In this document: piece by piece, positions 9,963-19,792 of the stretch
Numbering within the stretch: position 1 is the stretch's first letter
Layout of the letters: the number at the start of each line of letters is the position of its first letter
NCBI GenBank assembly: GCA_963710755.1
Contig: CAVQBK010000005.1
Coordinates: 1 to 64,000, forward strand
Origin: an uncultured bacterium
Lineage (GTDB): Bacteria > Oederibacteriota > JAAXVQ01 > JAUVAV01
Length of the DNA stretch: 64,000 bases
Reading direction: 5' to 3'
Notes under the pieces: model-generated
What the model saw: only the letters and a program-made list of their open reading frames with translations
The model's database searches: none
Told to the model about the DNA's origin: nothing
Program-made: the position numbers and the translations under genes

Positions 9963-12900
9963 TTACATGGCGCCTTGGCGCATGGCATTTTTAATTTTCT
10001 CCAAAGCACTATAAAAGCAGGGCACCACAAAAAGGGTAAGAATACTACCGCTGGTCAACCCACCGATGACTGTAATAGCCAAGGGTTGCCACAACCCGGC
10101 TGATTCGCTGCGGTCCAGAGCCATGGGAATAAGGCCGCAAATGGTGGTAATCGTGGTAATGGCAATGGGCACCAGACGCTGGCGGCTTGACCAAATAATC
10201 AGTTTTTCCAATTTAATATGGGGATGGTTGAGTTTGAGCTGGTTGATGCGGTCAATGAGCATGATACCGTTGTTGACCACCATGCCGCCCAACATGAGCA
10301 GTCCGATGGATACCCCTAAAGTCACCGTGGTCCCGGTCATGGTCAAAGCCGCCACTGCCCCAATGGTGGAGAGCAGCACTGAGATCATAATTATGAAGGG
10401 TTGCAGCAAGGATTCAAAAACCGCGGCCATGACCATAAATACCAAGGCCACGGTCATAATCAGCGCCAGCTTGAAACTTTTATCAGCAGCCTGCATTTGC
10501 TCGAAGTCGCCGCCAATGTCAGCATAATAATCTTCAGGAAAATGAATGGTCACCAGCGCGGCCTTGATCTCCTGGGCCGCGTCCCCCAGGGAACGTTTGC
10601 CCAGGTTGGCACTCACCTGAATCATTCGGGTTTTATTTCGATGCCAAATTTCCGAAGGTGACAGGCCGAATTCAAAATGGGCCAAACCTTCCAGAGGTAT
10701 ATGCTCCTTGCGGTCGGAGAGCAACATCAATTGTTTTAACTGAGGCAACGTTTCACATTGCTTGGGCTCAAGACGGACAATGGTCTCGACCTCTTCCTGT
10801 TTGTCATAAAATTTAGTAGCTCGCAATCCCCGTAACTCGCCGTGCAAGGTTTCGGCCGTCTGTTGATTGGTCAGGCCCAGCAAGGCCACCTGGTTGCGGT
10901 TTAATTTCACCTTCAATTCCGGCCTGCCCGGACGATAACGCACCTTGGTATCGCTCAGCCCGCTGAGGCGACTCATTTTATTGGCTATCTGCATGGCCAA
11001 ATCAGCCAAGGTTTCGTAATTGTAGCCAAAGACTTCCACAAATATTTCCTTGCCGCTTTGTGGTTCGGAAAAGTAAATGAAAGTTTCATAGTCTTCACCG
11101 ATATGCACCAGTTCCTTACGCAGCTTGGCTATCACTTCAGCAGCACTTAAAGTACGCTCAGCCCGGGGCTTAAGGGTCACGTAAATTTTGGAGGACCAGC
11201 CTTCCACTTTAGAGGAAATGCTTTTAATCTGGTCCTTGACCTGGGATGTTTTTTGAATACGTTCTTCAATAGTTTTAACGATGCGGTTGGCAATATCAAG
11301 ACGCACGCCAGAGGCCATCTCTACAAAAACCACAAATTCATTCTGCTCCTGCGAGGCCAGAAAATCCTTGGGCACGATAAACAGAAATACCATGGCGCCT
11401 ATCACGACCAACCCCAGCATGGCCGCTATAACTTTAAAACGGTGCCTAAGCAAGCCGGCCAAGGCCAGGGGAAAATGCCAGAGCATCAGACTGCCAGTGG
11501 TAATAACCGCCAGGGCTAGGGCACTAAACACACTGGCTTGCCATCTCAAGCCCATGATAAGCCAGAACAGCGCCCCCAGTATAACGAAGCTCGCGCCACC
11601 CATAAGAAGCAGATGGCGGAAGACAAAATTTTTAATGAATTGTTTGAGACGTTTGGCTTTGACGTGTTCCACTTCCGCCGGCTCTGCCGGCTCCGGGGCG
11701 AGACGGTTTAAAAGCGCCGGCACCAAGCCAATGGCTGTAAACAATGACGCCAGCAGTATGGTGGTTACCGTAAAGGCAATGCCTGCATAGAGCAGCTGGG
11801 TTTGTTTTTGCAGCAGCGAAAAAGGCAGAAACACCACAATGGTGGTTAAGGTGCCGCCAATCATAGGTTGGATCATCTCCCGGCTGGCCAGATCCAGTAT
11901 CTCCTGTCGTGAACGGTCATAAGATTTTTTAAGCATTTGCTCCACGTTTTCCAGGACCACCACCGCATTATCCACCAACATGCCCACACCCAGAATAAGG
12001 CCGGATAGGGAGATCACATTCAGGCTTACGTGGTTGAAATACATCAACCCCAGGGTAAGGAGCAGGGACACGGGGATGGTAGAAGCCACAATGAACGCCG
12101 GCCAGAGATCGCGCCGCCAAAAAGCCGTGGCAAAGAGCAGCACCATCATGGCGATCACCACCACAATGGTTTTGTCCAGAGGCCAGCCATTGATCGTCAG
12201 CACCAGCAACAGTCCCAACAACACACTCAAGCAGATGGCGGCGATTTTCTTGGTAAACCGGCTTTTGCTTAAAAACAAACTCAAAACGAGGATCACCAAA
12301 GTCATGCCGTAAAACAAGGTCATCATGACGGAATAAAGAGCCTGCTTGATTAACTTGGCTTGGTTGGAAACCGTCACCAATTCCACATCGGAACTGATGT
12401 GTTGTTTAAATTGGCCGAGCACCTTTTCGCAGGCTTGGACCACGTCCACGGTGTTGGCCAGGCTTTCTTTTTGGATATAGAGGGTAACCGCTGATTTGCT
12501 GTTGAGCCGCGAGAAGGTTTCCGCTTCCAGATAATCATCTTTGACGGTGCCCAGATCCGCCAGGCGAATAATCCCGCCCGCAGGCGTCACGGCCACCCCA
12601 ATTTTTTTTATCTCTTCCACACTGTTAAAATTACCCTGCGTTCTTAGCCCCAGGGCGTGTTGTTGTCCGCTCACATCCCCGACGCGAACATTCAAATTGT
12701 TTTGTTCCAAAACAGATACGATTTTTTGAAAAGGCAGGCCATTGGCCACCAGCTTGGCACTGTCCAGGTCCACCAGGATTTTCCGGCTGCGGCCGCCGCC
12801 GATTTCAACATTGGCCACCCCGGGCACCCGCAGCAACTTGTCCTTCAAGGTCTCTTCCACCAATTGCCGCAGGGTTTCCGGCGTTTCGTGGGGCGAGGTC

Positions 12901-13391
12901 AAAGCCGCAATTAATACCGGTGTATCGGCCTCTTCGTAGTGAGCAATAACCGGTTTCTCTATTTCCTTGGGCAATTGGTGCTTAACCCGCAAAAACTTTT
13001 CCCTGGCCTCCAAGGTGGCCATGTTCATATTGGTGCCTGGTTCGAATTCCAGGGTCACTACGGAGCGATGATTTTTGGACGTGGAGATGATGTTTTTCAG
13101 TTTGGAAACCGTGGCCATGGCCTCTTCAATGGGCTTGGTTACCAGCCGTTCCACGTCCGGAGGCGGCATGCCCCCGCGCACGTCCACATAGATGGTGACA
13201 TTGCCATAGCTGATGTTGGGCATCATTTCCAAAGGCAACTTTTTCAGAGCCACCAAACCGCCTAAAACCACAAAAGCTATAAGCATCAAAAATGCCACCG
13301 GCCGCCTGATGCCAAAGCCCGGAATCTTTTTGGCAAAAACAATGACGAGCAGGCCAAAAAGAGCAATTTGCAATAATTGATTAAAATCCAT
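9963..13391 (-). CDS. RND (AcrB/SwrC-like) permease with extra transmembrane segments
   Basis: GMLVDNAVVVLEN, GMVVNNGIMLID, RLVPIAIT and AcrB-type periplasmic domains; 1142 aa. Confidence 0.93.
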   Translation of the reverse strand: MDFNQLLQIALFGLLVIVFAKKIPGFGIRRPVAFLMLIAFVVLGGLVALKKLPLEMMPNISYGNVTIYVDVRGGMPPPDVERLVTKPIEEAMATVSKLKNIISTSKNHRSVVTLEFEPGTNMNMATLEAREKFLRVKHQLPKEIEKPVIAHYEEADTPVLIAALTSPHETPETLRQLVEETLKDKLLRVPGVANVEIGGGRSRKILVDLDSAKLVANGLPFQKIVSVLEQNNLNVRVGDVSGQQHALGLRTQGNFNSVEEIKKIGVAVTPAGGIIRLADLGTVKDDYLEAETFSRLNSKSAVTLYIQKESLANTVDVVQACEKVLGQFKQHISSDVELVTVSNQAKLIKQALYSVMMTLFYGMTLVILVLSLFLSKSRFTKKIAAICLSVLLGLLLVLTINGWPLDKTIVVVIAMMVLLFATAFWRRDLWPAFIVASTIPVSLLLTLGLMYFNHVSLNVISLSGLILGVGMLVDNAVVVLENVEQMLKKSYDRSRQEILDLASREMIQPMIGGTLTTIVVFLPFSLLQKQTQLLYAGIAFTVTTILLASLFTAIGLVPALLNRLAPEPAEPAEVEHVKAKRLKQFIKNFVFRHLLLMGGASFVILGALFWLIMGLRWQASVFSALALAVITTGSLMLWHFPLALAGLLRHRFKVIAAMLGLVVIGAMVFLFIVPKDFLASQEQNEFVVFVEMASGVRLDIANRIVKTIEERIQKTSQVKDQIKSISSKVEGWSSKIYVTLKPRAERTLSAAEVIAKLRKELVHIGEDYETFIYFSEPQSGKEIFVEVFGYNYETLADLAMQIANKMSRLSGLSDTKVRYRPGRPELKVKLNRNQVALLGLTNQQTAETLHGELRGLRATKFYDKQEEVETIVRLEPKQCETLPQLKQLMLLSDRKEHIPLEGLAHFEFGLSPSEIWHRNKTRMIQVSANLGKRSLGDAAQEIKAALVTIHFPEDYYADIGGDFEQMQAADKSFKLALIMTVALVFMVMAAVFESLLQPFIIMISVLLSTIGAVAALTMTGTTVTLGVSIGLLMLGGMVVNNGIMLIDRINQLKLNHPHIKLEKLIIWSSRQRLVPIAITTITTICGLIPMALDRSESAGLWQPLAITVIGGLTSGSILTLFVVPCFYSALEKIKNAMRQGAM

Positions 13392-13408
13392 AGTCGTCCT
13401 TTACTGAT

Positions 13409-13436
13409 GAAGGCAACGGTTGCGACCGTTCCCTGC
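13409..13436. repeat. Degenerate GTAG-type REP-like palindrome (family GTAGGGAACGGTCGCGACCGTTCCCTAC)
   Basis: GAAGGCAACGGTTGCGACCGTTCCCTGC, between the two RND genes. Confidence 0.75.
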
Positions 13437-13442
13437 AACTAT

Positions 13443-16400
13443 TCATTTCATCACAGGCTTTTTCTTCACGATCTTTTCCTCCACTACCACCATCATGGCC
13501 GGCAGAACCAGTAAGGTAAGGAAGGTGGAAACAAAGAGCCCCGAGACCACCACCACGGCCATGGGGGCCTGCATTTGCGTGCCTTTTCCCAGGCCCAGGG
13601 CCAGGGGCAGCATGCCCAGAACCGTGGTGGCCGCAGTCATGACAATCGGCCGCAGGCGGATATGGCAGGCTTGCAGCAAGGTCTGACGTAAATCCCCGTG
13701 ATGATCCGGACGATGTTGATTAACATAGTCGATCAAAACAATGCCATTATTGACCACGATCCCGCACAGGAGCACCAGGCCCATGCCGGCCATGGCGGAA
13801 AAGGCATGGCCCGTGGCCAGCAGAGCCGGCGCCATGCCGATTAGGGCCAGGGGCACGGTCAGCAAAATGAGCAGCGGCTGCCATAAGGATTCAAACAAAG
13901 CAGCCATGATCATAAACACCAGCAGCAGTGATATAATAAGAACGCCGGTGAGACTATTAAAGGATTCCTTCATTTGCAGGGTTTCCCCGCTCAGGGCTAC
14001 TGCGAAGTCCGGATAATCGTCCCTTATTTTTTTAAGAATGGCGTTCAGGTCCGGGGTTACCTGTTCCAGTGTGTGTTTAAACAGCCCGGCCGAAACGACC
14101 ACCGTACGCTGCTGGTCAAGCCGAAGAATTTCACTCGGTCCCAGTTCAGGCTGAATATCGGCCACCGCTTCCAGCGGCAGGGTAACCTTGAGAGGCGAGC
14201 GCACCAAAAGCCGGTTCAAGGCTTCCTGGCTATTGCGCTGATCTTCCCTAAGCCGGACGGTAATGTCGATTTCTTTGCCTTCTTCTCTGTACTTGGAGGC
14301 CGTGGTTCCCCGAATGGCGGTCAGCAGGGACTTGGCCAGATCAGCCACGGAAAGATTGTAGGCGGCCGCGTCATCACGTTTGATTTTTAATCCAATTTCA
14401 GGAGCGTTAAGACTGAGGTTGCTTTTAATATTGGTGATGCCCGGAACTTGCCTCAACGCCCTGATCAAACGGTCATTGATGGCTTTCATTTTGGTCAGGT
14501 CGTAGCCTTTGAGCTCCACCATGACCGGATCGCTGTCAGAAGCCAGGGCGCTGATACCGTTTTCCTGACTCTTAAAATTGACAATCCCTCCGCCCAAGTC
14601 CATGGGCGCTAATTGCTCTTTTATGGTCTGCATAATCTCATCAGCAGACCGTTGCCGTTTGGAACTGAGGCTGACCACGATTTGGGCTTCATGCGGTCCC
14701 AGGGCTTGTACCCCCTCTTTGGCCATGGACCCCACCGCCACCAACTGATGATGAACTTCTTTAATTTGACTGAGCACCGATTCAATTTTTTCGGTGGTAC
14801 TATTGGTTACACTTAATTTGGATCCAATGGGCATGGTTAAAGCCAGGATGAATTCATCCTGATCCACCTTGGGAAACAGCCCTTTGGGCACGGTTATCCA
14901 TAACAAGGTTGCACTGATCAGCCAAAGAGCCAAGGTCAAAACCAGGGTTTTAGCCGGATGGGCAAGCGCTGCTTGAATCAATCGGTTCATGCCGGCTTGC
15001 AGCTTGCGGGCTAAATTTACCATGGACCCGTGCCAGGCCGGCCGGGAATGGACAGTTCCCTTGCCCAGGCCAGCCAGCATGGGGATAAGGGTAAAGGCCA
15101 CGGCCAGGGAGGCCAGTTGGGAATAGACAATGGCCCACGACAAGTCTTTAAACACCTGGCCAATGATCCCAAGGACAAATATAAGGGGTAGAAACACCAC
15201 CAAGGTGGTGCCAATGGAACTGGCGACAGCACCCAACATTTCCTGAGCGCCTTTTTCAGCAGCTTGGGACGGAGCCTCTCCTGCCTGTTGATAGCGGGTA
15301 ATGTTTTCAATGACCACAATGGCGCCGTCGACCAGTAGGCCAATACCAATGGCCAAGCCAGCCAAAGATACTGTGTTTAAAGTGATGCCCTGCATATAGA
15401 GCAGAAAAAGGGTGGCCAGTACCGAGGTGGGTATGGCCGCGGCCACAATAGCCGCCTGACGGGTGCTGCCCAAAAACAAATATAGTACCAAAAACGCCAA
15501 CAAGGCGCCTATCAGCCCTGATTCGATCATTTGTTCAATACCGGTCTTAATGTATTGAGACTGATCATAGATCAACTCCAGCTTGACCCCGGCCGGTAAT
15601 TTAGCCTGGATATCAGCCAGCCGGTCTTTAACGGCATCAGCCACCCGCACAATATTGGCATCACCTTGTTTGAGAATAGCCAGGGCGATATTTTCTTTAT
15701 GATCGTATCGGGAATAGCTGCTGCGGTCTTTGACCGTATCTTTGATACTGGCCAACGTGCCCAGCTTGATGACTTGCGGGCCGCCGTAAGTAGTATTTTC
15801 CTGATTGCTTTGTTTTTCAGGTTGATGAAAGTCGCGGTTAATAGCAGCGCTGGGAAGGATTTTTTCCCGGTCCACTTTGACAATTATATTTGCAAGGTCT
15901 TCCGGCTTGGCAACCGCGCCGTCAATACGCACCACATAATCATAGGTAGCGTCTTTTAAATTACCGGCAGGATAGGTGATGTTGCCCTCTTTCACGGCTT
16001 CGACCACATCCATAATGGGCAGATGATGAGCAGCCAATTGATTTTGGTCCATATCCACCAGGATCTGGCGTTCTGCTCCGCCCGTGATGGAAACTGCGGC
16101 CACACCCGGGACTTTTTCCAACAGCTCTGTCACTGGACGTTTGGCGATTTTCAACAGCTCCAGGGCATCCCGGCTTCCGCTCAAGCTCAATATGGTCACC
16201 GGCAGGGCAAATGGGTTAAAGCGCTCGATGCGCGGTTCTTCGGCTTCCCGGGGAAGCTTAATTTTGATCAGGTCAATTTTTTCACGCAGATTAAGCGAGG
16301 CAAAATCCATATCCGTGCCCCACTGAAATTCCACAGTGACCAGCGAGACCCCCTCTTTGGAAACGGAATGAATACGTTTGACGCCGGCCACGGTACCACT

Positions 16401-16610
16401 GGCTTCTTCCACAACTTTGGTAATCAGGGTTTCAATTTCCTGGCTGGAGGCATTGGGATAGCTGGTAATGACCATCAGTTGGGGAAAATCAAGATTGGGC
16501 ATAAACTCCCGGGGAAGCCGGTTCCAGGCAATGATTCCCAAAAGCGCGACGAAAGCGTAAACCATACTCACCGTGACGCGCCGCTTAACTGCAGTTTTAA
16601 TAAAACTCAT
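13443..16610 (-). CDS. RND (AcrB/SwrC-like) permease
   Basis: GLLVDGAIVVIEN, GIVVNNGIVLID, RLRPIVMT; 1055 aa. Confidence 0.95.
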   Translation of the reverse strand: MSFIKTAVKRRVTVSMVYAFVALLGIIAWNRLPREFMPNLDFPQLMVITSYPNASSQEIETLITKVVEEASGTVAGVKRIHSVSKEGVSLVTVEFQWGTDMDFASLNLREKIDLIKIKLPREAEEPRIERFNPFALPVTILSLSGSRDALELLKIAKRPVTELLEKVPGVAAVSITGGAERQILVDMDQNQLAAHHLPIMDVVEAVKEGNITYPAGNLKDATYDYVVRIDGAVAKPEDLANIIVKVDREKILPSAAINRDFHQPEKQSNQENTTYGGPQVIKLGTLASIKDTVKDRSSYSRYDHKENIALAILKQGDANIVRVADAVKDRLADIQAKLPAGVKLELIYDQSQYIKTGIEQMIESGLIGALLAFLVLYLFLGSTRQAAIVAAAIPTSVLATLFLLYMQGITLNTVSLAGLAIGIGLLVDGAIVVIENITRYQQAGEAPSQAAEKGAQEMLGAVASSIGTTLVVFLPLIFVLGIIGQVFKDLSWAIVYSQLASLAVAFTLIPMLAGLGKGTVHSRPAWHGSMVNLARKLQAGMNRLIQAALAHPAKTLVLTLALWLISATLLWITVPKGLFPKVDQDEFILALTMPIGSKLSVTNSTTEKIESVLSQIKEVHHQLVAVGSMAKEGVQALGPHEAQIVVSLSSKRQRSADEIMQTIKEQLAPMDLGGGIVNFKSQENGISALASDSDPVMVELKGYDLTKMKAINDRLIRALRQVPGITNIKSNLSLNAPEIGLKIKRDDAAAYNLSVADLAKSLLTAIRGTTASKYREEGKEIDITVRLREDQRNSQEALNRLLVRSPLKVTLPLEAVADIQPELGPSEILRLDQQRTVVVSAGLFKHTLEQVTPDLNAILKKIRDDYPDFAVALSGETLQMKESFNSLTGVLIISLLLVFMIMAALFESLWQPLLILLTVPLALIGMAPALLATGHAFSAMAGMGLVLLCGIVVNNGIVLIDYVNQHRPDHHGDLRQTLLQACHIRLRPIVMTAATTVLGMLPLALGLGKGTQMQAPMAVVVVSGLFVSTFLTLLVLPAMMVVVEEKIVKKKPVMK

Positions 16611-16634
16611 CGTTCCCTCTCAATCCCCTTTACT

Positions 16635-16662
16635 GTAGGGAACGGTCGCGACCATTCCCTAC
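16635..16662. repeat. GTAG-type REP-like palindrome
   Basis: GTAGGGAACGGTCG-CGACCATTCCCTAC, one mismatch. Confidence 0.85.
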
Positions 16663-16688
16663 GATTAACAGAACGCCCGTATCCAAGG

Positions 16689-17756
16689 CTACAATTCCTT
16701 ATAAACCTCAGGCTTGCCATAGCGCACTTGCTCGCCCGGTTGGACGTCAGCATAGCCGGGCCTGGCCACTACCAGATCATGGTCTTTAAGTCCATCCACT
16801 ATGGACACATAATCCCTGGAAGCATACCCCAACTGCACGGCTCGCTCCTCAATCTTATGGTCTTCATTAACTACCAGCACCCGTTCCCCATCCTGCAGCA
16901 AGGCGGTCTTAGGAATAACTGTCGACGTTTGATCATAGGTGACAATACTGCATGAGGCCGATAAGCCCGGCCGAAGTTGATGACTTACTTTGGGATCAAT
17001 TTTAATCCTTACGGGGATCATGCGGCTGGTGGTGGTAATTTCAGGGGACACACTCAGCACATAGCCGGCAATGGGGTCCTGGGAGATAGCGGGAATATCA
17101 ATCCGTGCTTTTTGACCGTTAACGATTTCGGATAGATGTTTTTCAATCACACTTACTTCCAGGTAAAAATAATCCTCTTCACTTACAAAATAGGCGATGG
17201 GATGAGCACGATTAACCAATTCCCCTTCCTGAATCACCACTTCGCCCAAGCGCCCGTTTTTGGGAGCCCGGATAAAAGTGTCTTCATAATCTTTTCGGGC
17301 CAATTTGACCATTTCTGCTGATTCTTCCAATTCCGTGCGGGAGGCGCCGCCAACATCATAAAGGGATTTCTTTCTTTGATTGGCAATTTCAGCCTGCCGT
17401 AGTTTGGAATGGGTGCGCACGTGATCCAGTTCGGCGATGATCTGGCCTTTTTTGACATAAGCACCCGGTTTAAAATGATAGCTTACCAGGATTTCTTCCT
17501 GATTGGATTTAAGCTCCAAAGAAGAACTTTTAATGGTACCCATCAGCCCGGTCAAAGCATCTTTAAAGGACTGTTTCTCCACCTGAAAAACCTGAACATA
17601 TTTTTTACTGCTTTGTTGTTTCCGCGCCGCTTCTTGCTGATAGCGGCGGCGCTCTTGCGATTGGTGCCACTTCCAGACAGCACCCAGGCCCAACAGCACG
17701 GCCACACAGACCACAGCAATGATTTTAAACCGATGTTTCTCCAATTGTGCTTTCAT
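16689..17756 (-). CDS. RND periplasmic adaptor (membrane fusion protein)
   Basis: N-terminal TM, lipoyl-like halves (PGAYVKKGQIIAELD / IRAPKNG), LRPGLSA, VIPKTAL. Confidence 0.92.
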   Translation of the reverse strand: MKAQLEKHRFKIIAVVCVAVLLGLGAVWKWHQSQERRRYQQEAARKQQSSKKYVQVFQVEKQSFKDALTGLMGTIKSSSLELKSNQEEILVSYHFKPGAYVKKGQIIAELDHVRTHSKLRQAEIANQRKKSLYDVGGASRTELEESAEMVKLARKDYEDTFIRAPKNGRLGEVVIQEGELVNRAHPIAYFVSEEDYFYLEVSVIEKHLSEIVNGQKARIDIPAISQDPIAGYVLSVSPEITTTSRMIPVRIKIDPKVSHQLRPGLSASCSIVTYDQTSTVIPKTALLQDGERVLVVNEDHKIEERAVQLGYASRDYVSIVDGLKDHDLVVARPGYADVQPGEQVRYGKPEVYKEL

Positions 17757-17777
17757 AAACCTTCTCTCCTGTTATTT

Positions 17778-17804
17778 GTAAAAAACGGTCGTGCCCTTCC
17801 CTAC
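17778..17804. repeat. Degenerate copy of the same REP-like family
   Basis: GTAAAAAACGGTCGTGCCCTTCCCTAC in the tolC-adaptor gap. Confidence 0.6.
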
Positions 17805-17927
17805 AACGTTTTGACCAACCATGGCTTCGGCCGTCTCTTCTTTTTAGATTGGGAGCATGAACGCGATGGTCCATGCTCCCTGGGCTGCACCATAGTACTC
17901 TTGCTTTCAGCTTTGAATTCTCGTCCC

Positions 17928-19322
17928 CTAACGAGCCTTAGCAGTTACGTCCTCGATCCCCACTGCTTTGTCCAAAGCTGAGAGGGCCACCAGGTAATAA
18001 ACCTGGGCCTCCCGCAAGCCACTATGAGCAGCGGCCACCTTGTTGCGGGCTTCCGCGACATCGGCAATACTGGTTTTCTCATCGCGCAGGTGAATTTCCT
18101 GAATGGACAATTCCCGTTCCGCCAAGTCCGATTCCAACTGAGCGTTCTCCACCTGGGCCATGCCTTTTTGCACATTGTAAAAAGCTTCTTTCACATCCAT
18201 GACCATGGTTTGATAAGCTTTTTCCCGGTTATACCGGGCTTGATGAAGCTGCCATTGAGCTTCTTTTTTCTCTGCCGCTGATTTATAGCCGTCCAAAATT
18301 CCAAAGGCGGCTGTAGCGGTATCGGCTTCTGTGCGCGTGGATTGGCCCAATTTGGGGCTGGTTTTTTGTTTAAATCCCGAAAGCGCCAGTGAATTCCAGG
18401 CAATATTCTGTGTAAGCTTGAGGCTGATGTTGTAATCTTCTTTTAGGTCAAAGTTTTCACTGTTATAGGCCCCGCCACTGCGCCCGTAAAAGCCGCTTAA
18501 TTCCAATTTGGGCCAATCCTGGCTGTGTTTTATTTTATTTTCAAAAGCACTGGCTTCCCAGCTAAGTTGCTGGATTTGATAATCAGGATTATGGGTTTTG
18601 GCCAAGGTCAGGCAGTGATTTAGGTCTATATGCTTTTTCTCGAAAGGAAGACGGACAGGCATAGCCCAGGCTTCGGGATTCTCCAACCCCATGGCCGCAG
18701 CCAGATTCCATTTGAATTTTTCCATATCCGCCATAGTGGTTTGTTTTTGATAAAGGCTGTTATTTTTTTGGACTTCTGTGGCCAGCAAATACTTTTTATT
18801 AATGGTGCCATCTTGGTAGAGTTTTTTGGCCATACGCAGATAGCGCGTGCAATCTTCAACCGTCTTATCATAATCTTTGGCGTTGAGCGTCAGGCGCACC
18901 AGATTCCAGTAGGCTTCTTTTACCTGGTGTTGCATTTCCAGTTCCGCTTTAAGCACTTTAGTTTTGGCGATTTTTTCATTGATGGTTGCCTGTTGAAAAG
19001 TCGACCAAAGTTTTCCTCCCTGAAAAAGGGTTTGCGAGAGTTCCACGCCGTAGCTGGCTTCCTTGAATCCCGGCGTCCCCAGCTCCACAATAGCAGCGCC
19101 TTTGGTGGCCTCACCTTTTACACTCAGATTGGGCCAGAGCGCCCGCCCTGCTTCACCGGCTTTGGCTTTGCTGACCTCCACCTCTTCGACCGCTAATTGC
19201 AGTGGTTGATATTGGGCACCCGCTTGGGCAAGTGCTGCCCGCAGACTGAGCGCGGCCATTTCGGCGCCTGCTATTTTAACCAGCAGCAATGCTGCCAGCA
19301 TGATGCCTATCCTTATTTTCAT
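17928..19322 (-). CDS. TolC-family outer membrane efflux protein
   Basis: Signal peptide and two OEP repeats (LWPNLSV...LSQTLFQGG; WPKLELSG...VKEAFYNV). Confidence 0.92.
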   Translation of the reverse strand: MKIRIGIMLAALLLVKIAGAEMAALSLRAALAQAGAQYQPLQLAVEEVEVSKAKAGEAGRALWPNLSVKGEATKGAAIVELGTPGFKEASYGVELSQTLFQGGKLWSTFQQATINEKIAKTKVLKAELEMQHQVKEAYWNLVRLTLNAKDYDKTVEDCTRYLRMAKKLYQDGTINKKYLLATEVQKNNSLYQKQTTMADMEKFKWNLAAAMGLENPEAWAMPVRLPFEKKHIDLNHCLTLAKTHNPDYQIQQLSWEASAFENKIKHSQDWPKLELSGFYGRSGGAYNSENFDLKEDYNISLKLTQNIAWNSLALSGFKQKTSPKLGQSTRTEADTATAAFGILDGYKSAAEKKEAQWQLHQARYNREKAYQTMVMDVKEAFYNVQKGMAQVENAQLESDLAERELSIQEIHLRDEKTSIADVAEARNKVAAAHSGLREAQVYYLVALSALDKAVGIEDVTAKAR

Positions 19323-19340
19323 CTTAACTATTATCCCCTT

Positions 19341-19631
19341 TTACTGCTGAAGCTGGTTCAAGCGGTTAATGGCTTGAACTTGTCGCATTGTTTGTCCCGT
19401 ATTTTGCAAACCAGGCAAAGTAGCGGAGGCGGGGCCTGTCTTCTGCCTGGCCGCCGGCAATATTAATCCAGTTTGAATATTGAGATCCGCCACTTCTTGG
19501 CGGCTTAATTGGCGTTGATTTTCCCCAGCTATCATTGCCGCGGAGGCTTGATGACAGGTCAGCATATACCCCATGACCACCGTGGCTGCAATCAACGTGA
19601 TGCTAATGATCAGGACCATACCTTTAAACAT
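19341..19631 (-). CDS. Small N-terminally membrane-anchored Gln-rich hypothetical protein
   Basis: GGAGG RBS, hydrophobic N-terminus, 19 bp upstream of the tolC start. Confidence 0.65.
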   Translation of the reverse strand: MFKGMVLIISITLIAATVVMGYMLTCHQASAAMIAGENQRQLSRQEVADLNIQTGLILPAARQKTGPASATLPGLQNTGQTMRQVQAINRLNQLQQ

Positions 19632-19719
19632 TCACGCCTCCTTCAGTCGCGTTCTATCAGATCCCGTGCCTCCAAGATCCAGCTTGTTGGCTCGGATAAC
19701 AGGGACTTTATTAGTTAAG

Positions 19720-19747
19720 GTAAGGGCACGGCCTAAGATGCCCTTAC
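19720..19747. repeat. REP-like hairpin
   Basis: GTAAGGGCA-N10-TGCCCTTAC. Confidence 0.55.
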
Positions 19748-19792
19748 CCATTAAGTCCTGTATAAAAGATGTCTTTCCGCAATAAAGACCGC

